From: Fastidiosibacter lacustris
Lineage (GTDB): Bacteria > Pseudomonadota > Gammaproteobacteria > Francisellales > Francisellaceae
NCBI RefSeq assembly: GCF_003428155.1
Contig: NZ_QLIR01000008.1
Coordinates: forward strand, 1 to 32,000
DNA: 32,000 nt
Reading direction: 5' to 3'
Of the stretch, positions 19,342 through 27,914 are shown in pieces. The number at the start of each line of letters is the position of its first letter. The first letter of the stretch is position 1. A program made the position numbers and the translations under genes. The notes under the pieces are model-generated. The model was not told the DNA's origin, did not search any database, and was given only the letters and a program-made list of their open reading frames with translations.

Positions 19342-21486
19342 ATGAATCATCAACATTTTACAACCATTCATGGTATAAGCGTTCACTATAACAAAAAAAT
19401 GCTTAATTTCGATAACTTAGACCATATCACCTCTGCACTTGATAACCACAAAGGGATGATGCTGTCATCTGGTATCGAGTATCCAGGGCGTTATAATCGT
19501 TGGGAACTAGGATTTATCAATCCACCTGTTGAAATTATTGCTTACCAAGACGAGGTTAAGTTTAAGGCACTTAATCCACGAGGGGAAATCATTCTTAAAA
19601 TTCTTTTACCTATTTTCGACGCTCATACAGAACTCTCTATTACAACTCTCAGTCATTCTGAATTTCATTTACACATTCATTTTAGCAAAAAAATTTTCAG
19701 TGAAGAGCAAAGAAGCCAACAACCTTCGGTTGCCACTCCTTTGAGCATTATAAATGAAGAATTTCGACAGTTAAAAGATAATATGCTTGGTCTTTTTGGC
19801 GCATTTGCTTATGATCTTATTTTCGCATTTGAGTCATCCAAACTTAACCATATGCGTGATCAAAACAATAAGCTTTATCACCTGTTTTTTGCAGATCATG
19901 TTTATGTTATCGATAAACAAAAAGAGCTTAGTTTTGAGCTTAAGCTTGAATTATCAAATAATGAGCTTAATACGCAAAGTCAATCCACTACATCTTTTAA
20001 TACACTGACAAGTGACAAAGGAAAATTTAAATCCCTTTCTACCATTGAAACTTCTTTAACGGATGATGAATATGTCAACCTTGTCAAATTGGCTAAAGAA
20101 GAAATGAGAAAAGGAAATATATTTGAAATCGTTTATAGCCGATTATTTAGTGCTAAAGTGTCTGGTTCTGCAGCGAATTTATATCAGACTTTAAAAACGA
20201 TGAATCCAAGCCCTTATGAATTTTATTGCCAATTAGGTGATGAACAAATTATTGGGACTTCCCCTGAAATGTTTGTACGTTGTGAAGGCAAAGAAATTGA
20301 ATCTTGCCCAATTTCAGGCACCATTCGCCGTGGCAACAATGCTATGGAAGATGAGCTTAAAATTCGTGAACTACTTAATTCATACAAAGATGAAGTCGAA
20401 CTTACCATGTGTACCGATGTTGATAGAAATGACAAAGCGCGTATTTGTGAAGCTGATAGTATCAAGCTTATTTCTAGGCGGACTATTGAACGCTATGTTG
20501 GACTCTTTCATACTGTTGATCATGTAAAAGGTAAGCTTAGAGATGGATATAATGGTTTAGATGCTTTTTTAAGCCACATGTGGGCAGTCACTTTAACAGG
20601 CTCCCCTAAAAAGCGTGCGGTTGAACTGATTGAAAAAAATGAAGTCCAAACACGAAATTGGTACGGTGGTGCAATTGGTTGCTTAGGCTTTAATGGTGAT
20701 ATGAACTCAACCATCACCATCCGAACGGTACATTTAAAAAATAACCACGCCTATTATCAATCAGGTGCAACACTTGTATGGGATTCCAAACCACAAGAAG
20801 AAGCACTTGAGACAATTATCAAAGCCACTACTTTTTATAAGGGATTGGGGCAATTTAATCCTACAACAAAAGCTAAAGCTTGGATACCACAATGCTTTGA
20901 TCATGTTAATGCAATTATGATCGACCACGAAGATTCATTCGTCCATACTCTAGCTAGCTATTTTAGAAAATTAGGGGTTAAACTTGAAACCTTCCGTACA
21001 GGCACAATTAGCACTCAAGCAATTATCGATAAAAAACCTGACCTTATCATTTACTCCCCAGGTCCTGGCACTCCTTCTGACTTTGCTTTGCCACAAATGA
21101 TTCAAGAAATTACCAAAGCAAGTATTCCACAATTTGGAGTATGCTTAGGTTTACAAGGTATGTTTGAAGCATTTGGTGGCAAACTTAAGCTGCTGAGTAA
21201 TCCCATGCACGGCAAAACTTGGAAGCTTAAGCATAAAGGAAAGCTGTTTGATAACATTGACCAAGGTTGTGTTGTTGCCGCCTATCATTCGATTATCGCT
21301 GATCCTACTTCCTTACCCAAAACCTTAAAAGTTACTTCCACGAATGAACATGGTGATATCATGTCCATAGAACATAACGAAAAACCTGCTATTGCTGTGC
21401 AATTTCACCCTGAGTCCATTTTAACATTACACGATGACACTGGCTTGAAATTAGTGCACAATGCTTTGCTAAGCTTGTGTCAATAA
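19342..21486 (+). CDS. trpE(G): Fused anthranilate synthase, TrpE and TrpG domains
   Basis: 714 aa. N-terminal TrpE-like (SSGIEYPGRYNRWELG, TSPEMFVRCEGKEIESCPISGTIRRG, MCTDVDRNDKARIC, RNWYGGAIGCLGFNGDMNSTITIRT) plus glutamine amidotransferase (DHEDSFVHTL, YSPGPGTPSDF, FGVCLGLQGMFEAFGG, AVQFHPES). Confidence 0.92.
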   Translation: MNHQHFTTIHGISVHYNKKMLNFDNLDHITSALDNHKGMMLSSGIEYPGRYNRWELGFINPPVEIIAYQDEVKFKALNPRGEIILKILLPIFDAHTELSITTLSHSEFHLHIHFSKKIFSEEQRSQQPSVATPLSIINEEFRQLKDNMLGLFGAFAYDLIFAFESSKLNHMRDQNNKLYHLFFADHVYVIDKQKELSFELKLELSNNELNTQSQSTTSFNTLTSDKGKFKSLSTIETSLTDDEYVNLVKLAKEEMRKGNIFEIVYSRLFSAKVSGSAANLYQTLKTMNPSPYEFYCQLGDEQIIGTSPEMFVRCEGKEIESCPISGTIRRGNNAMEDELKIRELLNSYKDEVELTMCTDVDRNDKARICEADSIKLISRRTIERYVGLFHTVDHVKGKLRDGYNGLDAFLSHMWAVTLTGSPKKRAVELIEKNEVQTRNWYGGAIGCLGFNGDMNSTITIRTVHLKNNHAYYQSGATLVWDSKPQEEALETIIKATTFYKGLGQFNPTTKAKAWIPQCFDHVNAIMIDHEDSFVHTLASYFRKLGVKLETFRTGTISTQAIIDKKPDLIIYSPGPGTPSDFALPQMIQEITKASIPQFGVCLGLQGMFEAFGGKLKLLSNPMHGKTWKLKHKGKLFDNIDQGCVVAAYHSIIADPTSLPKTLKVTSTNEHGDIMSIEHNEKPAIAVQFHPESILTLHDDTGLKLVHNALLSLCQ

Positions 21487-21499
21487 AAGGTTTATCGAT

Positions 21500-22585
21500 A
21501 TGAAGGTATTAACAATAGGTGGCGCCACACTAGATACGATTATCGAATATGAACAAATGGAAACGATGGAAATTCAAAAACCACATACTAAACAATCATA
21601 TTTGCTTTTAGAAGAGGGCGCTAAAATTGAAGTCACTAATCAGAAATGTTTTAGTGGTGGAGGCGCAACCAATGCAGCAGTTTCCTTACAAAAGCTTGGT
21701 TTTAATGTACGCTTTTTTGGTAAAGTAGGTAAAGACAATATTGGTCAGTCACTGCTGCAAGAATTACAAAATCAAGGTGTAGATATCTCAATAGTACGCT
21801 TTTCTAGCCACTATGGGACTGCTACTTCATATGTTATTCCCTCTTTAAAGGGAGATAGAACCATTTTTGCTTATCGTGGTGCTAATCGCGATTTACTTAC
21901 TGAAGACTTACCAGTTGATGCTATTAAACAAGCTGACTTTGTTTATGTGACCTCTTTAAGCAAATCGTCAGCATCCCAGTTACCCCAGATCGTCAAGCTT
22001 GCACAACGTTATGATACCAAGGTTGCCATTAACCCAGGCTATAGCCAACTAGAAGTTGGTAGTAGCTTTATTTTAGAAGCAATAAGTGGCATTGACATCC
22101 TCATCATGAACTACCAAGAAGCACAAAAACTTATGAGTTCTCTTTTAAGCTGTGAAGAAGCTCCACAATCTGAAGAAAGCCTTGATCACCATCAAAACTT
22201 ACTTGAAACCCAACCAATTTACCAAGATAGTTTTTTCTCACTCAAAAGCTTCTTCCAAAAAGCATTAAGCCTTGGTCCAAAAATTGTAGTAGTTACTAAT
22301 GGTTGTGAGGGTGTTTACGTTGCAACTGAAAAGAAAATGTACTTTCATCCAGCACTTAAAGTAGACAATATCATCAATACATTAGGTGCTGGAGATGCCT
22401 TTGGTTCAAGCTTCTGTGGTGCAATTTATGCTGGAGAAAGCATTCATACAGCGATCTGTTATGGACTTGTCAACAGCGCTTCTGTTATTCAATATCACGA
22501 TGCCAAAACCGGGTTGCTTGATAAAGCTGAAATCACTAAACGAATTATAAATATTCCCAATCAACTGGGTATTGTTGAATGGTAA
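21500..22585 (+). CDS. PfkB-family carbohydrate/nucleoside kinase
   Basis: CFSGGGATNAAVSLQKLGFNVRFFGKVGKDNIG and NTLGAGDAFGSSFCGAI, the PfkB signatures. Confidence 0.9.
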   Translation: MKVLTIGGATLDTIIEYEQMETMEIQKPHTKQSYLLLEEGAKIEVTNQKCFSGGGATNAAVSLQKLGFNVRFFGKVGKDNIGQSLLQELQNQGVDISIVRFSSHYGTATSYVIPSLKGDRTIFAYRGANRDLLTEDLPVDAIKQADFVYVTSLSKSSASQLPQIVKLAQRYDTKVAINPGYSQLEVGSSFILEAISGIDILIMNYQEAQKLMSSLLSCEEAPQSEESLDHHQNLLETQPIYQDSFFSLKSFFQKALSLGPKIVVVTNGCEGVYVATEKKMYFHPALKVDNIINTLGAGDAFGSSFCGAIYAGESIHTAICYGLVNSASVIQYHDAKTGLLDKAEITKRIINIPNQLGIVEW

Positions 22586-22586
22586 A

Positions 22587-24167
22587 TCAGTGCTCTCTCG
22601 TAGCTAAGAATCGAATATCAGAATTACGCTCTTGTGCCATTTGTAAGTTAACACGTGTCGTAGCCAAATAAGTTAAATGATTACCACCATCTAGTGCTAG
22701 ATTATCAGTATATTTATTTTTAAACTGTTCAAGCTTTTTCTTATCACTGCATTCAATCCAACGTGAAGCAATAACATTGACCTGTTCATAACTACACTTC
22801 ACACCATATTCATGTTCAAGCCTATGTGCAACTACATCAAACTGCAATACTCCTATTGCACCCAAAATAAGATCATTATTGTTAAGTGGTCTAAACACTT
22901 GTGTGGCTCCCTCTTCTGATAACTGAATCAATCCTTTTAATAAGGCTTTCATTTTCAGTGGGTCATTTAAACGTACTCGGCGAAAAAGTTCAGGCGCAAA
23001 GTTTGGAATACCTGTGTATTTCATCATTTCACCTTGGGTGAAGGTATCTCCTATTTGAATTGTGCCATGATTATGTAGACCAATGATATCGCCAGGATAA
23101 GCTTCATCTAAGGTCTCACGCTCTCCTGCAACAAAAGTCAGGGCATTTGAAATTTGTACTTGTTTATTTAAACGCACATGTTGTAACTTCATGCCTTTTT
23201 TATACATTCCTGAGCAAATTCTAAAAAAAGCAATTCGATCACGGTGTTGTGGATCCATATTGGCTTGAATTTTAAATACAAAACCAGTTAGAGGTTCTTC
23301 GTTAGCATGAACTTCACGTATATCCGTCATTCGAGGGGTCGGCGAAGGCGCGAACTTAGTAAACATATCTAACATTTCTTTCACACCAAAATTAGCCAAC
23401 GCTGTCCCAAAAAAAACTGGGGTTAATTCACCTTTTCGATATTTTTCTAAATCGAATTCATGACTGGCCCCCTTAACAAGCGCAACCTCTTCTCTTAACT
23501 CTTCAGCAAAATAGCCTATTGTTTCATCCAACTCTGGGTTTTCTAACCCTTTTATGATCCTATAGTTATAGATATGGTGACCATGCCCTGCCTCAAATAA
23601 GATCACTTCATCTTTATATAGGTGATACACGCCTTTAAATGCCTTGCCTGAAGCAATAGGCCAAGTCATAGGAGCACATTGGATCTTAAGCACATCTTCT
23701 ACCTCATCCATAAGCTCCATAGGATCACGCGTATCACGATCAAACTTATTGATAAACGTTAAAATAGGGGTTGTGCGTAAGCGACAAACTTCCATAAGTT
23801 TAATCGTACGCTCTTCTACCCCTTTAACACCATCAATTACCATTAAAGCAGAATCAACTGCAGTAAGCGTGCGATAAGTATCTTCTGAGAAATCTTCATG
23901 GCCTGGTGTATCTAAAAGATTAACAATACAATGATTATAAGGAAACTGCATTACAGATGTGGTAACAGAAATACCTCGTTGCTTTTCTAACTCCATCCAA
24001 TCGGACGTTGCATGACGCCCTGATTTTTTACCTTTCACTGTTCCTGCTAACTGAATTAAGTTTCCAAATAATAACATTTTTTCTGTTAAAGTTGTTTTAC
24101 CCGCATCTGGATGCGAGATAATCGCAAATGTGCGACGCTTATTAAGCGCCTGTAAAAACTCAGACAT
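22587..24167 (-). CDS. prfC: Peptide chain release factor 3
   Basis: [91 protein letters not shown]; 526 aa. Confidence 0.98.
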   Translation of the reverse strand: MSEFLQALNKRRTFAIISHPDAGKTTLTEKMLLFGNLIQLAGTVKGKKSGRHATSDWMELEKQRGISVTTSVMQFPYNHCIVNLLDTPGHEDFSEDTYRTLTAVDSALMVIDGVKGVEERTIKLMEVCRLRTTPILTFINKFDRDTRDPMELMDEVEDVLKIQCAPMTWPIASGKAFKGVYHLYKDEVILFEAGHGHHIYNYRIIKGLENPELDETIGYFAEELREEVALVKGASHEFDLEKYRKGELTPVFFGTALANFGVKEMLDMFTKFAPSPTPRMTDIREVHANEEPLTGFVFKIQANMDPQHRDRIAFFRICSGMYKKGMKLQHVRLNKQVQISNALTFVAGERETLDEAYPGDIIGLHNHGTIQIGDTFTQGEMMKYTGIPNFAPELFRRVRLNDPLKMKALLKGLIQLSEEGATQVFRPLNNNDLILGAIGVLQFDVVAHRLEHEYGVKCSYEQVNVIASRWIECSDKKKLEQFKNKYTDNLALDGGNHLTYLATTRVNLQMAQERNSDIRFLATREH

Positions 24168-24370
24168 AGTCAGTTCCTATATATTAAATAAATTAACCCT
24201 TGCTTTACTTATACCCATTACAAACCATTTTACAGCTTTGTTTGCGTTGTATTTTCAATGGATATAGCACGCGTACTAGTTTATGCAGGTGCAAAGCGTA
24301 CTCATTTTAACTAAAAATGTAAAAACTTAAATGAAAATAGATTACAACCTACGTCCTATTCCAGCTAACC

Positions 24371-24574
24371 TCATTGTGGTGAATGCTCAATGATTTTATC
24401 AACATCAGCAAAACTAATTTTTTTCACGCCAAATGGCATTTCTAGCATCACGTATTCAAAAGAGATATGTTTAAGCACACCAACATAAGAGACATTGTGA
24501 GATTTAACCGTCACAATGCTTTGCTTATTATACATACTAAACAACCATCGTTTTGTTTTTTCTGTTATTTGCAT
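24371..24574 (-). CDS. Small Sm/Hfq-like protein (putative)
   Basis: 67 aa: MYNKQSIVTVKSHNVSYVGVLKHISFEYVMLEMPFGVKKISFADVDKIIEHSP. The strand pattern and hydrophobic spacing resemble an Sm1 plus Sm2 fold. Confidence 0.45.
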   Translation of the reverse strand: MQITEKTKRWLFSMYNKQSIVTVKSHNVSYVGVLKHISFEYVMLEMPFGVKKISFADVDKIIEHSPQ

Positions 24575-24652
24575 GATTGCCTACCTCTCCAATTTTGTAG
24601 AGTTAATAATAGAAAGGAAAATCACAAAACACAATAATCAAAATGGTCAATA

Positions 24653-25258
24653 TTATGCTCCACTGTGAAAGCGAAAATTATCGTCAGGCGCTTCAATCAA
24701 CTCTTTTTCTATTTGTGCAAAACGCTTAATGTGCTTATTAATATCATCGCTGGCATAACCATGTGCAAAATTCAAATAAATTGTAAAGTGGCGCTGCTCT
24801 GAAGCAAGTAAACCCAGATAGAATTTTTGTAACTCATTATCTAAAAAAGGGGCGATTGCACCAAAGCGCTCACAAGACCTAGCTTCAATAAATGCCCCTA
24901 CAATGAGTGTGTCAACTAAGCGTCCTTCTTCGGATGTCCGTACTTGTGTTTTTAGCGTTCTGACATAACGTGATTCACTTAGTAATCTATATTCGATCTT
25001 ACGTTTTTTCAAAATATTCAGTACTTGCTCAAAATGCACAAGTTCTTCACGCGCAATCTTTGACATCCTTAGCAATAAATCAGGATGCTCTGTAGATTTT
25101 CGATACATAAAGCTTATCGCAGCCGATGCAGCTTTCTTTTCACAATGCGCATGATCTAAAAGCATAATATCCTGATGCTCAAGCGCCTTATTAATCCAAG
25201 TCTGAGGCGTTTTACACGGTAAAAATGTATTTATTGTACTTTGATCGTAATATCCCAT
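24653..25258 (-). CDS. miaE: tRNA-(ms2io6A)-hydroxylase
   Basis: 201 aa with diiron-type motifs: HAHCEKKAASAAISFM-like DHAHCEKKAASAAISFMYR, REELVHFEQVL, GAFIEARSCERFGAIAP and LGLLASEQRHFTIYLNFA. Confidence 0.93.
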   Translation of the reverse strand: MGYYDQSTINTFLPCKTPQTWINKALEHQDIMLLDHAHCEKKAASAAISFMYRKSTEHPDLLLRMSKIAREELVHFEQVLNILKKRKIEYRLLSESRYVRTLKTQVRTSEEGRLVDTLIVGAFIEARSCERFGAIAPFLDNELQKFYLGLLASEQRHFTIYLNFAHGYASDDINKHIKRFAQIEKELIEAPDDNFRFHSGA

Positions 25259-25261
25259 AGC

Positions 25262-26773
25262 TTACTCTTGATTATGGATATCAACAGATCCCAATCGCCT
25301 TACTGTGCTTGTATCCTGATTTTTTCGTTTATTCAATAAGCAGGCAAAATAAGCTTCATTAATACCTCCTGTAACGTAATTGCCATCAAAAACTGATGTA
25401 TCAAAGTGCGTTAATTGTGGCGCATTTTTATTAACAGCTTGAATTAAATCATCAATACTTAAGTAAAATAAATGATCAACACCAATCCATTTTGCAATTT
25501 GATCAATACTACGATTATGTCCAACAAGCTCCTCGTGTGTTGGCATGTCAATACCATACACGTTCGGGTATCTCACAACAGGAGCCGTTGACACAATCGA
25601 AACTTTTCTTGCGCCTGCTTTTCTTGCCATTTCTACAATTAACTTTGAAGTATTACCACGCACAATTGAGTCATCGACCAAAAGCACATGTTTACCTTTA
25701 AATTCATGATCAATCGTATTGAGTTTTTTGCGAATCGATTTTTGCCGCGCAATTTGATTGGGCATAATAAATGTCCGTCCTACATAGCGATTTTTGACAA
25801 AGCCTTCACGATATGGCACATCTAATACACATGATAATGGCAGTGCCGCATGGCGTCCTGAATCAGGTACGGGAATTACCACGTCAATATCATGTTTAGA
25901 TAACTCCCTTAAAATATTTGTTCCAGCAATTCTTCCCATTTCCAAACGTGCACTATAAACCGAAGCACCATCAATGACTGAATCAGGCCTTGCCAAATAA
26001 ACATATTCAAATATACAAGGTGACAAACGAGCATTCATAGCACACACTTTACGCTCAAGTTGACCATCAAGATTGATAAAAATTGCTTCTCCTGCTTTTA
26101 AGTCGCCCATCACCTCATAACCATCACAGTCAAGCGCAACGGTTTCAGAGGCCACCATATACTCAATTACACCATTGATTTCTTTTTTGCCTAACACTAG
26201 CGGTCGAATACCATGAGGATCACGAAAGGCAAATAACCCAGCTCCAGCGATCACCCCCACCACTGCATAACCACCAATACAGCGCTGATAAACTCGACGC
26301 ATGGCATTAAAGAAAATTTCCGTAGAAAAATTAGTCAAGGAAACTTCCGCTTTATGCAATTCTGCTGCAAGCACATTTAACAAAAGTTCTGAATCAGAAC
26401 TGGTATTAATATGACGAAAATCATGTTCTAATAAGTTTTTACGAATCTCATCCGTATTAATTAGATTACCATTATGCGCAAGTGCAATCCCATAAGGTGA
26501 ATTCACATAAAAAGGTTGTGCCTCAAACTCACTATCTGAGCCTGCTGTTGGATAACGCACATGCCCAATACCTAAGTTACCCTGTAAGCGCTCCATATGT
26601 CTTGTACGAATTGCCTCAACCACCAAACCTTTGTCCTTACGTAAGGACATGTGATAACCATCACAAGTCAAAATACCAGCCGCATCTTGACCACGATGCT
26701 GCAACATAGTTAACGCGTCAAAGATTTTTTGGTTTACGGCTTCTTTACCAAGGATACCCACCACACCACACAT
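25262..26773 (-). CDS. purF: Amidophosphoribosyltransferase
   Basis: MCGVVGILG with N-terminal Cys, LQHRGQDAAGI, GNLGIGHVRYPTAG, VIPVPDSGRHAALPLS, VLLVDDSIVRGNTSKLIVEMARKAGARKV. Confidence 0.98.
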   Translation of the reverse strand: MCGVVGILGKEAVNQKIFDALTMLQHRGQDAAGILTCDGYHMSLRKDKGLVVEAIRTRHMERLQGNLGIGHVRYPTAGSDSEFEAQPFYVNSPYGIALAHNGNLINTDEIRKNLLEHDFRHINTSSDSELLLNVLAAELHKAEVSLTNFSTEIFFNAMRRVYQRCIGGYAVVGVIAGAGLFAFRDPHGIRPLVLGKKEINGVIEYMVASETVALDCDGYEVMGDLKAGEAIFINLDGQLERKVCAMNARLSPCIFEYVYLARPDSVIDGASVYSARLEMGRIAGTNILRELSKHDIDVVIPVPDSGRHAALPLSCVLDVPYREGFVKNRYVGRTFIMPNQIARQKSIRKKLNTIDHEFKGKHVLLVDDSIVRGNTSKLIVEMARKAGARKVSIVSTAPVVRYPNVYGIDMPTHEELVGHNRSIDQIAKWIGVDHLFYLSIDDLIQAVNKNAPQLTHFDTSVFDGNYVTGGINEAYFACLLNKRKNQDTSTVRRLGSVDIHNQE

Positions 26774-27091
26774 AAAAATTTTATTCCAATTAGCTATTTG
26801 AAAGCATGATTATTTTAACAAAAAAATTATTCATTTGGTGGTTTTTATGTATCAGTTTCATAACATTATTGATTTACTTCCAATAAACGCTTTAGCAAAA
26901 ATTAAAACCACTATTACTGTCTAATTTGCACGCAGAAGTTACAAAAAGGCAAAAAATTAACTTTTTTGTGTTTTTTTTCAAAAAAAACAATGATCAAACT
27001 TGCTTTTCTACCCCGATTTCATTAGGCTTTGGCTGGTAATTGCGTTTAAGTTACTTTTGAAGCTTTTTCAAACAAAAACAGGAGAGTATAT

Positions 27092-27736
27092 ATGAAGAAA
27101 ATAATCGCAACAAGCATCGTAGCTGCGGCACTTATCAGTGGTTCTGCATTTGCAGCCAATGCTCAAACAGGTATGGTTATGGGTGGTAACCTTGGTTACA
27201 CAATGCCATCTGGTGATTTTAAAAATATAGGTAATAATCAAAATTATTTTGGTCCAAACTCTGGCGCTAATAATAAAAACGGTAATATTGCTGGTGGTTT
27301 ATTTGCTGGCTTTGATTATGCTATTAGCCCAATGTTTAGCCTTGGTGCTGAAGTTGGTGTGCAATATGCTAATCAATTTGCTAAATACTCACTAGCTAAT
27401 GTAAGCGGAAAAGCTAATTTATTAAGTATTCCGTTATTCTTAGTTGGTAAATTCTATATTCCAGGAGTAGATGGACTAAATGTATTTGGTAAAGCTGGCT
27501 ATGCTTATAATCAGCTTGGCGTAAAAGTAGAAGCCGCAGGCGTTAAAACAACTATAAATGACAATCGTTTTGATCCAGTGGTTGCTGCTGGTGTTGGTTA
27601 TAAAATTGGTCAAGCTAATATCTTTGCTCAATACCAATACAACTGGCTAAAATACCAACAAGATTCCGCCACACCAAAATTAAAAGGTGGTCTCAGCACT
27701 ATTTCTCTAGGATTATCGTACACTCTTCCTATGTAA
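27092..27736 (+). CDS. Outer membrane beta-barrel (opacity/OmpA-like) protein
   Basis: Signal peptide (MKKIIATSIVAAALISGSAFAAN), glycine-rich alternating strands (GNLGYTMPSGDFK, NIAGGLFAGFDYAISPMFSLGAEVGVQYANQF, GYKIGQANIFAQYQYNW) and terminal LSLGLSYTLPM. Confidence 0.85.
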   Translation: MKKIIATSIVAAALISGSAFAANAQTGMVMGGNLGYTMPSGDFKNIGNNQNYFGPNSGANNKNGNIAGGLFAGFDYAISPMFSLGAEVGVQYANQFAKYSLANVSGKANLLSIPLFLVGKFYIPGVDGLNVFGKAGYAYNQLGVKVEAAGVKTTINDNRFDPVVAAGVGYKIGQANIFAQYQYNWLKYQQDSATPKLKGGLSTISLGLSYTLPM

Positions 27737-27766
27737 TTTTTTTACATACTAGTTTCTTATTTTTTG

Positions 27767-27797
27767 TCAGGCGCCTTGTGCGCCTGATTTGTTTATT
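27767..27797 (+). terminator. Rho-independent terminator
   Basis: TCAGGCGC(27767-27774)-CTTGT-GCGCCTGA(27780-27787), perfect 8-bp GC-rich stem followed by TTTGTTTATT, 30 nt downstream of the OMP stop codon. Confidence 0.7.
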
Positions 27798-27914
27798 AAT
27801 CCGCTTTAGTGTTTTTCTATCTTGGTCTTACCAATACATGTACAACTAAAAATATTGCCTATCAGCATAGCTAAAGGGTACTATTTCACTATAAAAAATA
27901 TAAATCAAATCTAA

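Noticed and set aside
19529-20720. ORFs 19529..19744, 19787..20008, 20223..20465, 20237..20527 and 20520..20720
   Set aside because: All lie inside the fused anthranilate synthase CDS in other frames, with no domain evidence.
23644-26709. ORFs 23644..23877, 25492..25701 and 26482..26709
   Set aside because: Antisense or shadow frames of prfC and purF.
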